NCBI GenBank assembly: GCA_951406725.2
Contig: OX597820.1
Span: forward strand, 9,796,001-9,860,000
Origin: Octopus vulgaris
Lineage: Eukaryota
Length of the DNA: 64,000 nucleotides
Direction: 5' to 3'
The notes under the pieces were generated by a model. The model made no database searches, was not told the DNA's origin, and saw only the letters and a list, made by a program, of their open reading frames with translations. Shown in pieces: positions 42,046 to 55,913 of this stretch. Each line of letters opens with the position of its first letter. The first letter of the stretch is position 1. Both the position numbers and the translations under genes were made by a program.

Positions 42046-43387
42046 CATGCTTTTGTATCCAGATAGGGAAGCTCTGTTACTCATTTGCTTATGCGGCCTA
42101 AAAGAATACCGTTATAGCATTCCTTATATGTCCTTGGCCAACATTATTTAATTTTGTTACTTTAGATTTACATCAATGCAAGAGGAGGGTGAGAGATAGT
42201 TACTCGCCTTCGGGAGATTTCATATAACGATGAAAAGCATTCATAGCGAATGGCAAATTGTATATGATTGATGTTTTTAGAATCTGTTTAACCGTGGTTT
42301 GTATTTGTTAATGAACGAATTTTCTTTATCTATTCGTCTTTGATCTGTCCTATTGTTTGCACATTGACAAAGTGAAAAGATTTAAGAATTTGGGGGATTT
42401 GGTTGTTGCACTTATATCCAAATGTTCGCTGAGTCTTGTATTTGTTGTCGATAAACCGTTGATCTCATTCTCAAGGTGAGTTTGGTTTGTGCAACTTAAT
42501 CTTCCCAGCATCCATTGCATTTGATGACCTACATTAATTGATGTCGGCCATAACAAGAATTAATGGCCTATATCAGTTCTTTTGATGAACTAGTGAATTG
42601 GGAGAGTAAAAACTTTACCGATTTAAATTTATATGATGTATTCCCCAATAATATTCGTACAAGTTCCGCAATTAAAGCGGCCACACATTTTTACTACAGG
42701 AAGCAATCATCTGACGGGATTCTATACAACTTCCGTCCATCCAATTCATTGAAGCGGCTTGGTTGACCCGCGATATGGTAAATGCACTTCGCCAAGATCC
42801 TACACACTAGAAATGAACACGGAGCCTCGTTGTTATGAAGTAAACTTCTTAACCAATCAGAATCACGCCTGTGATCATTTCACTAACACACACAAACATC
42901 TACGCGATGTATTTGTAAAATGTATGAAGACCGTTGAAGTTTGTTTGAAGTATTGTGATATAAAAAAATAACAGTAAAATAACTCGGAGAGCTTCTTACA
43001 ATGAGAAAAGAGAATTAAAAAAAGAAATTATTTCCTGATATTTTGGCTGAGTCACTCATCTACATAGAAAAAAATAGATAATTATTGGAGATCAGAGATC
43101 GGCCATGTGTAATCCTTGGCAGAAGTATCAGTAGGCGCATGCGCAAGCGCACACACGCATACGCACTCTCTATCACACACGCACACACACATACACACAC
43201 ATAATACTTTAAGAAGAAGACAGGAACTTCAAAGTTTCGCTCTGCTAGCCTTCGTTGCGCAGTCCGTAAAAATACAATAAGTATGAACTCTACAAAAGAT
43301 TTTGAGTATATCTTCAATTTAATGTTTAATGTTAAATTGTTTTTATCATAACTCGACACAGAAGCAAACACTAATATATATCTAATA

Positions 43388-43430
<43 letters not shown>

Positions 43431-43485
43431 ATATATATAAATATATGCATTTATATATATGTATATATATATGTATATATATATG

Positions 43486-43565
<80 letters not shown>

Positions 43566-43777
43566 TTTATATATATGTATATATGTATATGTGTATATAT
43601 ATATATACATACATAAGCATACATATTCTTTAATTCTTTTACTGGTTTTAGTCCTTTGACTGCGCCCATGGACTGATTTTATCGGTTACTTTTGCTGAAC
43701 CGCTAAATTACGGGGACGTAAGCACACCAACATCGGTTGTCAAACGATAGTGAAGTACAGACACAGACACACAGACA

Positions 43778-43834
<57 letters not shown>

Positions 43835-43960
43835 GTGTCATCCCGTCGGTTACGACGACGAGGGTTCTAGTTGATCCGATCAACGGAACAGCCTGCTCGT
43901 GAAATTAATGTGCAAGTGGGTGAGCATTCCACAGACACGTGTGTCTGTAATGTGTGTGTA

Positions 43961-44014
<54 letters not shown>

Positions 44015-44017
<3 letters not shown>

Positions 44018-44388
44018 TACCGTCAGAAATTAATTAGCACCCTTGATTTGCTCTTCACTCAAGGTATGTGCTGTCACCTAGTGGCCATATCTCGAACTAT
44101 TGCTTTGTTGCGAGTTCACTGTTGCGCAGAACGATGACGTAACTTTGTTTGCAGAGCAGTTTGAGAGTCTACGGCCTTATGATGTTGACATAGCAGTGCA
44201 ACAAATTGGAGTGCGGATGCAGACAAATCTTCCTTTGTTTAATAGATATAGGTAGCGCCTCGCAAGGACCGAAATCACACCATACTAAGTTTTCTCATCG
44301 CGTAAGACGTTTTGAACAGCTCATAGGTTAATTGATTTAACCTATTTAATGTAGAAATTTGAGAAGTGCTAATTAATTTCTGACGCAA

Positions 44389-44391
<3 letters not shown>
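44015..44391. mobile_element. Tc1/mariner-type MITE (377 bp) inserted in (TA)n
   Basis: 26-bp TIRs CACTACCGTCAGAAATTAATTAGCAC / GTGCTAATTAATTTCTGACGCAAGTG, TA on both sides. Confidence 0.9.
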
Positions 44392-44442
<51 letters not shown>

Positions 44443-44541
44443 GGAGTAAACACATAAATGTGAAACAAGGTGGAAAAAAGAGTACTCAAAAACCAGTGGT
44501 AGAGTAATATGCTTTAAATAAAGTATATATACATAATATAT

Positions 44542-44579
<38 letters not shown>

Positions 44580-44857
44580 ATATATTATGTATATATATAT
44601 ATATTGAATATATATGTGTGTGTATATATATATATATTTAATATATTATGCATCTCTCTCCCCCTCTCTCTCCCTCTCTCTCTCTATATATATAATATAT
44701 ATATATATATGTAATATGTATTATATATATTATATTTATATACAAACACATACATGCACACACACTTCTAAACGGAAGATTAGAAAAAAACATGTAACAC
44801 CTATTATAAATTCTGCAAACAGATGAAGCAAATAATATGATCATAACCCCGTCTACA

Positions 44858-44909
<52 letters not shown>

Positions 44910-45351
44910 TCCTATCAATCTATCAATCAAACATGAGGCTTCTCTTTGGAAAAATATGATCAAACAACAAAACAAAACCAGCATCACTAACAGCCTAACA
45001 ACTTGCACACATACATTCAAAGCTAAACTCAGTCCCGAGAGGAATCAAAACTATCCGCGATATCAACAGCCGCCATCTTAGTTTTATTTAGGCTACACAG
45101 TTTTACGAACTTGTTACATAAATTCTGATGGCTTCTTAAGTAACCGTGATATCAGCGTGAAACTTCGCTGGTTTCCTTTCAAATAGTTTGTATTTAGAAC
45201 TAGAATTTTCCAGAAACAATGAACTGTTGTTCCTTTGGGAATATATTTGGGTATTGGTCGATATGGTTTTCTTTTGTTTTCTTTCTTATTATGTTATATT
45301 TTATTGTCTTAAAAAATAAAACCTTTGTGTGTGTGCGGTGCGCGCGTGTGC

Positions 45352-45447
<96 letters not shown>

Positions 45448-45464
45448 TCGTATATACATATATG

Positions 45465-45765
45465 TGGAGGAGCAATGGCCCAGTGGTTAGGGCAGCGGAC
45501 TCGCGGTCGGAGGATCGCGGTTTCGATTCCCAGACCGGGCGTTGTGTGTGTTTATTGAGCGAAAACACATAAAAGCTCCACGAGGTTCCGGCAGGGGGTG
45601 GTGGTGACACCTGTTGTACTCTTTCGCCACAACTTCTCTCACTCTCTATTCCTGTTTCTTGAGTAACTGTGATGGACTGGAGTCCCGTCCAGCTGGGGGG
45701 AACACCTACGCCACAGAAACCGGGAAACCGGGCCCATGGGCCTGGCTAGGCTTGAAAAGGGAGAC
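45465..45765 (+). mobile_element. SINE B head + tail 2
   Basis: A and B boxes intact; tail ccgggaaaccgggcccatg..cctggctagg. Confidence 0.85.
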
Positions 45766-46233
45766 GTTTATCGTTATGTACATATATATTTATATATACA
45801 TTTATATATACATATATTTATATATATGTATGCATGTATATATGCATAGATATGTATCCACACACACACGCACGTGTTGTGTTTAAAAACACATTATACA
45901 GTGGAGGCAGAAGAAAATTGTTCTAGCTGCTGCTGGTGAGAATGCTGAATTTGCTTTCTGTGATCCAGCTACATTACGTATGATACACAATTGGCTATTG
46001 TAAACTAATTCTGCTTCTGTATATCTTTTCTCTTTTGTTTCATGTATTAGGTTGCGGCCATCCTGGGGCACCGTCTTGGAGAAATTTTAGTCGAATGACT
46101 CAACAGCAGTAGTGAGTTTTTAAAGCCTGATGCTTATTTTTTATCGGGATCTTTTGCTGAACCGCTAGGCTACGAGGATGCAAACACACCAACAACGGTT
46201 GTCAAGTACAAATACAGAGACACACACGGACAA

Positions 46234-46996
<763 letters not shown>

Positions 46997-47499
46997 AAGC
47001 AACGGCTTAATATCGACTAAGTTAAAGCGGCGACCTGACAGAGTCTTTAGCACTCTGGACAAAACACTGGACAGCGGACAAAATGCTTGTCCGATAATAT
47101 TGACAAAATTATTTCATTAAATTCTTCATTATTTTAAAAATTAATCAAACGAATTGAGTATATTTCATCAAAAATACGTTAATAAAAGGGTTAACAGCAT
47201 ACGAAAGAATAGACAAGATAAACGTATATCACAAGTGAATTTCTCGCTGTTAAGCAATAAAACAACTCTTTAAGCATCTTTCTCAATCAATCAATCTATC
47301 TTTATTCATCTATCACTCTCATTCTTTTACACATTTATGTCCTTACTCGGTATTTAACTTCTGCACATTATTCTTTCTCTTTATATCTTTCCCACTCTAC
47401 AGATATGATGATTAATGGATCATCCGTCCTTATCTCCCTGTAAAATACTGCGTCCATTAACCAATAAGATTACGTGTATATCTATGTGTGTGAATGTAC

Positions 47500-48060
47500 G
47501 TGTGTCAGTTTGTATGTATGCACGTGGATGTATATTTGCATATATGTTTGCCTATGTATGCATGTATGCATGGGTGTATGTTTGTCTATGTAAGTATGCA
47601 GGCCTCAGGATGTATAGCTGTATGGCTCTCTGCCTGTTTATATGTATGTATGTGTGTATATTTGCATATATGTATGTTAGTTTGTATGTATGCATGTGTA
47701 TGTATATTTGCATGTATGCTTCTCTTTGTAAATATGTATGTATGTTTGTCTATGTAAGTATGCTGGCCTCTGTATGTATAGCTGTATGTCTGTCTGCCTG
47801 TTTGTATGTATGTATGCGTGTATATTTGCATATATGTTTGCCTATGTATGCATGTATGTATGGGTGTATGTTTGTCTATGTAAGTATGCTGGCCTCTGCA
47901 TCTATAGCTGTATGGCTGTCTGCCTGTTGGTATGTATGCATGTATATTTGCAGTTATGTATGTCTGTATGTGTGACTGCCTATGTATGCATGTATGCATG
48001 CGTGGACGTTTACGTATGTATGTATGTTCGTCTATGTATGTATGCATGTGCGTTTGTGTA
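47500..48060. repeat. Higher-order minisatellite (~120-170 bp units) built on (TATG)n
   Basis: tatgtttgtctatgtaagtatgc.ggcctc...tatagctgtatg..t.tctgcctgtt recurs three times. Confidence 0.8.
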
Positions 48061-48810
48061 TGTATATATGTATGTATATATGCTCCTCTATGTATGTACG
48101 TACGTACTTATGCAGTATGTAGTCTGACTCTTTAACTCGATATATCAGTATATTTATCTATCGGACTCCATTATCAGCCACGTCTTCAGCCATTTATCTC
48201 ACTGTCCGTCCGTTCATCTACCGACAGAAATGTTTACTGTAGTGTTTATTCAGCCAATCTGTGAAATACATTGATATACACATACATATATACATGCACA
48301 TATATAAGCATATATATATATATATATATATATGGATAGATAGTTAGATACATAGACAGAGAGATAAATAGATGGATAGATAGAGAGAGAGAGTGAGATA
48401 AATCCGGATATTTTCACTTCACATTGAGTCTAAAATGAAAGGAAAAGGGCTATTTCAAGTTAAGCTATCTAAATATAAGTTTATGATAGCCAAACACAAA
48501 GTTAAGTTTTATCTAAATAGACGAATAAAAACTTTGACACAAAATACACATCAAGTTAAAGGATTAATAAAGAAATAAGGCCTCTCTCTCGTAAAGTGTT
48601 AAGATCTTAAAAAGTAACTAAGAAAGCAATATTCATTTCGGCGATGTTTTCGTGCTTGCGTGAAAGCTGGACGCTTTTATAAGTTTGGCCGGATTTCTTT
48701 TTGGAGTGGCCACATCAAACATCCATTTGCCTTGCATTTCTTTCGGATATTATGTGTGTGTGTGTGTGTATAGATACTTATGATTACGCAGATCTCTATC
48801 TATCTTTCTA

Positions 48811-48914
<104 letters not shown>

Positions 48915-49567
48915 GTGGGACGAGTCGGTTTATCAGCCGAGTCTATCGTCAATGTTGTCACGCCTCCTTCCTTCAAACGGGAAGGAAGAGCTATTTTCAT
49001 CATCCTTGTGGCTATGGCGAAAGAATGAATCTGGTGGACGCGTCTGAAAGGATTGGAGACAAACACTTTCTTCTCTGGTCAATCTCTCATCAACTTCTTC
49101 AAGTACCACTTGAAAAGGAAAGTGAGAGTAGAGAGGCAAGTTTTGTTTAGCGAATGTTTAAAAAAAATATGGGTGAATGTAGCAAGGATGGCACGTATGA
49201 ATGACGAAGCCACCTTGAGCATAATCCTATGAACCCGGAAAAACAGAGGGTTACCTACTTGCAAACAAATGTGGTAACATGTAACAATATTGACCAAGGT
49301 TACCGTGGTCTTTTCCGTAGGCTTTTCTTCCCACGGATAAACCTTATCTGCTTCCCCCTTTACACCTTACATCATGACACTGTGATACACGATCCCTATT
49401 GGTCGTTTCTTTTTCTTTTCCTTTTTTTCTTTTTCTTTTTTTTCTTCTTTCCCTTTACGATCCCTTTTGATCGAAAACCTACCCTACCTTTTTTCCCCCC
49501 AAAAAGAAAAGGTCTACTTTGTAATCTGTCCCGTCTGTGTGCAGCCCTGTGTGGCTAATAAAGAAAC
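48915..49567 (+). mobile_element. 5'-truncated L1/Tx1-like LINE 3' end embedded in (TATC)n (copy 2)
   Basis: Frame ...IFIILVAMAKE*IWWTRLKG...SGQSLINFFKYHLKRKVRVERQVL..ECLKKIWV...SIIL* (stop 49230-49232) resembles the AKxxIW..R / terminal W pattern of L1/Tx1 ORF2; 3' UTR ends AATAAAGAAAC|(CTAT)n. Confidence 0.75.
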
Positions 49568-49668
<101 letters not shown>

Positions 49669-49684
49669 CATCCATCCATCCATC

Positions 49685-49760
<76 letters not shown>

Positions 49761-49769
49761 CTCTCTCTT

Positions 49770-50060
49770 TTTGATCCGATCAATGGAACAGCCTGCTCGT
49801 GAAATTAATGTACAAGAAGCCGATCACAGACACGTGTACCGTTAACGTATTTCTCAGAAAGATTCGGCGTGACACAGAATGTAACAAGACTGGCTCTTTG
49901 AATTACAGGTGCAAATCATTTTTGCCAGGTGAGTGGACTGGACTGGAGCAACATGAAATAAAAATGTCTTGTTCAGTGGTACAACCTTCCACAGGGTATT
50001 GAACTCATGACCTTACGATCGTGAGCCGAATGCCCTAACCACTAAGCCACGCGCCTTCAG
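49770..50060 (-). mobile_element. SINE D head + tail 1
   Basis: Same organisation as 20930-21252. Confidence 0.75.
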
Positions 50061-50179
50061 CACGTCGTATTCAGCAGTCAGATGGATGTCAAGAAATGAA
50101 CCGACCAATGAATAAGCATGAAGAAGTAAACAACAGAAAACAGCCTCTGAAAACTGGATGCGATTACACGGTATACAAG

Positions 50180-50187
50180 AAGAGAGC

Positions 50188-50234
<47 letters not shown>

Positions 50235-50551
50235 TGAGAGAGAAAGTGAGTGAGAAAGAGAAAGAGAGAGGGGAAGAGAGAGGAGAAGAGAGAAAGAGAC
50301 CAAGAGAGAGAGAGAACGAGAAAGAGAAAGAGCGAAAGACAGAGAGATGAAGACAAAGAGAGAGATAGAGTGAGCGAGCAAAAGAGGGAGTGGAAGAGAG
50401 AGAAGAAGAGAGAGAGAGACAAAGAGAAAAAGAGACAGAGAGAGACCGAGAAAGGGAAAGAAAGAGAGAGAGAAAGAGTGAGGGAGGAAGAGGGAAAGAC
50501 AGAAGAGAGAGGGAGAGAGAGAGGGAGGGAGGGAGAGAGAGTGAGAGATAG

Positions 50552-50612
<61 letters not shown>

Positions 50613-50614
50613 TA

Positions 50615-50646
<32 letters not shown>

Positions 50647-50681
50647 AAAAGAGAGATTCTTTGAGTTTGCAGAATTCTATC

Positions 50682-50732
<51 letters not shown>
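50180..50732. repeat. (GA)n-rich purine tract
   Basis: Directly visible. Confidence 0.9.
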
Positions 50733-50736
<4 letters not shown>

Positions 50737-51132
50737 ACAACTTCTGAATTGATTCATTGGGAATGCCATGCAATTAAAATGTTTCCGAAGCAGAACGTCA
50801 GGTTAATAGGATCTAAAAAAACCGTAGTAAAACCGACGAATGAAAAGAAACGGCAGTAAAAATATAAAATGAGACGACAGTAAAACCGACCAATGACAAA
50901 ATATCACAAACAATATTCTACCATTTGAATGAATTTCGTTATACCATTCATAAAATAGATATTTAAGATCTGGTACCAGCCTTCCCCTTTCACAGTTTGT
51001 TTTATAAAATAAGCCAGTTCGAAGTCACTATCAATAAGACTATAATATATGTAATTCATGTGCGTTTACTCTCCTGGCTCCCTTTTTTAATCTCCTTTCC
51101 TCTCTTTCTTGTCTCATCTTGGACTTTCCGCT

Positions 51133-51170
51133 AATGTACGATGAAGGACCATGTCCGAAACGTTATAGTT
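51133..51170 (+). ncRNA. Variant minimal hammerhead-like motif
   Basis: aCGATGA A GGAC cat GTCC GAAAC GTT; start of core and stem I degenerate. Confidence 0.4.
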
Positions 51171-51305
51171 TTACTCTATATCTTTTTTTTACTTGCTTTG
51201 AACATCAGCCTAATAATACTAACTGCTAATGTCCATTAGAATTTTGTTTTCTGTATTTGATTTGCAACACACATACACTCACACACACACTCACACACAC
51301 ACACA

Positions 51306-51343
<38 letters not shown>

Positions 51344-51369
51344 AAACACACAAAACACACAACACACAC

Positions 51370-51667
51370 ATATCTCACGTGATCAACCAGACATCGGACA
51401 TTCTTATATATCGCTGATTACAATGTCCTTTGCATCAATTTAGTTTTCGAATGATGCCATCCCGCTGGTCAAGCCAGCAGGTCAACATTCCCCATAATTG
51501 GAAAGCTAGTTCGTCGTAGGGTTGCCCTTGATAGCTGTGTAGAATGTAGCAACGTGAAATGAAGTGTATTGCTCAAGAACACAACACACAGCCGCTCTGG
51601 GATTCGAAACCATGATCTCACAATCGCGAGTGCAACACGCCTAATCACTAGCTCAGGCGCCTTCACA
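51370..51667 (-). mobile_element. SINE D head + tail 3 (old copy)
   Basis: Tail homologous to 33205-33330; gcaacgtgaaatgaagtg..ttgctcaag block of the D head. Confidence 0.65.
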
Positions 51668-52145
51668 CACGCACACACACACACATTCACACACATACAC
51701 ACACACATAAACCTGCTGACATAGGAATCTGTCAAGGGTTCTAAAATCAGTTTTATCTGAGAAGAAGAAATCATAAATTTTGCCGTTTTAAATCTCATGG
51801 GTGAGGCATGTCCGGACATTTATATTATTTTTGACAGAACAAAGAAGCAAGATTCTTTGAGTTTGCAGAATTCTATCACGAAGACATAAATTATTGGCTT
51901 TTGCTAAGATCATGCACACACCTATGTTGGTAATTATTCATAGAGACACACATCTACCCCGATAAAATAATGCACAAATAATAAAACTTAAAATAAGCAT
52001 ATAAATTACAATGGTTTTGCGTAACTTTCTTTCTATCTTTCTATCTTTCTTTCTTTCTTTCTCTTTTCTTCTTTCTATCTCTCTTTCTCCCTCTCTTTCT
52101 TTCTTTGTTTCAAACTTTCCTTCCTTCCTTCCTTCCTTCCTTCCT

Positions 52146-52192
<47 letters not shown>

Positions 52193-52356
52193 CTCTTTCT
52201 CTTTTTCTTTTTCTTTCTTTATTTCTCTCTCTTTCTATCAATCTATTTACACACACACATGTATATATATATATGTATATATATATATGTATATTAGTAT
52301 GTATCTCTCCTCTCTTTCTACATATATGTATAAATATGTATGTATGTATGTATCTA

Positions 52357-52392
<36 letters not shown>

Positions 52393-52396
<4 letters not shown>

Positions 52397-52734
52397 AGTC
52401 GAGATCAACGCATGGTCTCACATCGCTGCAGACCTCGATTCAATTTAGGCGACTCGTTGATGAAGCCAGCCTTAGCAAACATATTCTGTGTTTTGCTAGA
52501 AAGAGGCAGAAACTGATCAGTCCGAGGTGTAAAGTTATCGGTAAACGTTTTTGATTTTCACTCTCGATAAATTCATCTCCCTTTTGTGTTGCCAGCACTC
52601 GGCATCCTAATTTAGGAGCCCTTAATTGTATTACTACATGAATAATATTTTTCTATATGAATAATATTTTGTCCTATGACTAATTCGTCTTTTGTGCTGG
52701 GCACATGGTAGTAACCAATATTACTACCCTTCTT

Positions 52735-52786
<52 letters not shown>

Positions 52787-53630
52787 GCATATGTGTGTGT
52801 GTGCATGTATGTGTCTGTGTGGTGTGTCTGTGCGTGCGTGTATGAAAGTATGTGCGTGTGTATGGTCATTTCTTTATGTGTTTAACTTTACGTACATATT
52901 CACGTTATCTCCAACGGCGACATAACGAACGATGCTGCTCATATGCAAAAACACACACAAACACAAACAAGCAAACAAAAACAGCAAAAAGAAAGGAAAA
53001 AATAGCAAAAAAACAAACAAAAAAGCTTTGATTTACGGATGGTAGAAGATAATGATTTTTGCTGAATACCAATTAATAAAACATTAAAAGCTATTTAATA
53101 TACTACGATTAGAAAAAAAGGCATTTTTTTCACAAATTTATAATCTTTTGTTAACATGCAATAAAATAATAAAATAATAAAATAATAAAATAAATAAAAT
53201 AATGAAATAAATTACAATGGTTTTGCGTAACAAGTTCTTTTAAAGCCATAGAAGCTGAAAGTGTTTGATGTTGTTGCTTTTTAGCCCCAGGCTGGGTTCT
53301 GATCCTTCAGATCTGCCATCTGTAGCAATTTTGTTAGCGACATTCCGCCATTTTGAACATAATTTTCTTCAATCTACTTATCGAAAATGTTCTTTTTAAG
53401 CAAAGAAGTTGGCTGAAATAATTAATTTAATTTAGATATAGGAGTAATAATTTAATTTAGATATAGGAAAATTTTGAGCGGCAGCGTGGTCAGCTGTTTG
53501 CTTACCAACCACATGGTATCGGGTTCAGTTCCACTGCGTAGCACTTTGAGTAAATGTCTTTTACGATAGCCTCGAGCTGACCAAAGCCTTGTGAGTGGAT
53601 TTGGTCGACTGAAACTGAAAGAAACTCGTC

Positions 53631-53685
<55 letters not shown>

Positions 53686-54086
53686 CTGTACTGCCATGTA
53701 AGCTTTGCGTCTGCGCAGAGATTTGAAAAGTTAAGATCTGCTAGTAGTCGAGATCAACGCATGGTCTCACATCGCTGCAGACCTCGATTCAATTTAGGCG
53801 ACTCGTTGATGAAGCCAGCCTTAGCAAACATATTCTGTGTTTTGCTAGAAAGAGGCAGAAACTGATCAGTCCGAGGTGTAAAGTTATCGGTAAACGTTTT
53901 TGATTTTCCCTCTCGATAAATTCATCTCCCTTTTGTGTTGCCAGCACTCGGCATCCTAATTTAGGAGCCCTTAATTGTATTACTACATGAATAATATTTT
54001 TCTATATGAATAATATTTTGTCCTATGACTAATTCGTCTTTTGTGCTGAGCACATGGTAGTAACCAATATTACTACCCTTCTTGTT

Positions 54087-54089
<3 letters not shown>
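52393..54089. repeat. Dispersed ~350-bp direct duplication (52393-52740 and 53742-54089)
   Basis: Near-identical copies, about 2 substitutions seen. Confidence 0.95.
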
Positions 54090-54141
<52 letters not shown>

Positions 54142-54596
54142 TTGTGTCTGTGTGTTTATGTGTGTGTACGCGCACGCAAGTCTTTGTGTCTGTGGGGCAA
54201 CATCCCAGCCATCGCAGGAACTCATTTACAGCTGAGCAATGTGAAATGAAGCGTTTTGTTCAAGAAAACAACGTGCCTACTGGTCATGGAATCGAAATCA
54301 CGATTTTACGATCGTGGGTAAAAGACTCTAACCACTTGGCCATGCTCCTTCACAATGTTACAGTGGGGGTCTGTAAATATGGGGGAAAGTCCATGTCTTT
54401 CGTCGTTTTTTCTTTAATCTTTTCTTTTACTTGTTTTAGATATTAGACTGCGGACATGCTGGAGCATTGCTTTGAAGAAGTTTTCGTCGAATGAATTGCC
54501 CACGGTACTTATTTTTTAAAAGTCTTATGCTTATTCAATTGGCTTCTTTTGCCGAATTGCTAACTTACCGGGACCGATTGTCAAGCGGTGGTGGGG

Positions 54597-54665
<69 letters not shown>

Positions 54666-55354
54666 CAGGCTTCTTTATAATAGAAAACACTCAAGGTGTC
54701 ACACAGAGGAACCGAATCCGGAATCATGCGGTTGGGAACCAAGCATCTTACCACACAGCCATGCCTGCGTCTGTGTGTAAGTATGGAGAAAATCTGAAAG
54801 CGATTTGGTTGTTATTTCTAGCCGATTGGAAAACCATAAAGAGACCCTCTCATTAATGATAGAATTTTAAGGTGTTGCATTAGTCATAGAAATTCGATGG
54901 CCTGTGATTAATCGCCAGGGTAGTCCTGTGCCTTTGTTAGCTAAAACCTCCCTCCTTTCAGCTATAAATAAATAATTATATAGAATCCTTCATTGGACAA
55001 GACACCACATGGCACAGTATAATAATCAAGTATTTCGCTGAAAGAAATTAGCGCAAAGTTAATTTAGCGTGACTTTCTTTGAATCACTGAGCGAATTGAA
55101 TACTTTCAGAAGTCTAATGGCTTATGGGACAATATTCGTACTGGCTATTTCAATTTCACCAATTCAGCCGCCATATTATCATCATTGTATATTCTCATAA
55201 AATATGATATGCAGCCTTACAAGGAATTGAAAGAAATCACTGGTTTCTTGTATGTAGAGTCAGAAAATCCAGGGTCTGAACAAGCTATGAACAAAAGACT
55301 ATCATTTCAGACTCTTTTGAGGTTGAACAAGGAATAAGTTCACGACGAAATACC

Positions 55355-55586
55355 TATTTCTTTACTACCCACAAGGGGCTAAACACAGAGAGGACAAACA
55401 AGGACAGACAAACGGATTAAGTCGATTATATCGACCCCAGTGCGTAACTGGTACTTATTTAATCGACACCAAAAGGATAAAAGGCAAAGTCGACCTCGGC
55501 GGAATTTGAACTCAAAACGTAGCGGCAGACGAAATACCGCTAAGCATTTTGCCCGGCGTGCTAACGTTTCTGCCAGCTCGCCGCCT
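55355..55586 (-). mobile_element. SINE family C, single unit with 16-bp TSD
   Basis: TTCACGACGAAATACC at 55339-55354 and 55587-55602. Confidence 0.9.
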
Positions 55587-55661
55587 TTCACGACGAAATA
55601 CCACTGACATCTTGAATTCACTGTATTCTGAGTCGAGTTTACAACGAGATAAGACTAACAT

Positions 55662-55913
55662 CTTACATTATTTACATTATTTACATTCGATGGATATTTG
55701 TCTTCATCTTGTTTGTTGTTAACACATCGTTTCAGTTGATGTATCCTCCAGCCTTCATCAGGTGTCTTGGGAAAATTTCGAACACGATGAAGGCTGGAGG
55801 GTATATCAGCCGAAACGCTGTGTTAACAACAAACAAGATGAGGACAAATATCCGTAAAATGTAAATAATATAAATAATGTAGATAATTCCTCATCTCTTA
55901 AATATAGAACTGT
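55662..55913 (+). mobile_element. Hammerhead-containing retroelement copy with inverted 5' half and 8-bp TSD
   Basis: Inverted arms each carry the HHR (55721-55770 minus; 55782-55826 plus); ACTAACAT at 55654-55661 and 55914-55921; homologous to 59478-59630. Confidence 0.8.

Noticed and set aside
42340-42482. Plus-strand exon ending aag|gtgagt
   Set aside because: Strong donor only; no convincing acceptor or protein similarity
53690-53850. Minus-strand exon in the duplicated 350-bp block
   Set aside because: Good acceptor, but stops in all three frames and no clear donor
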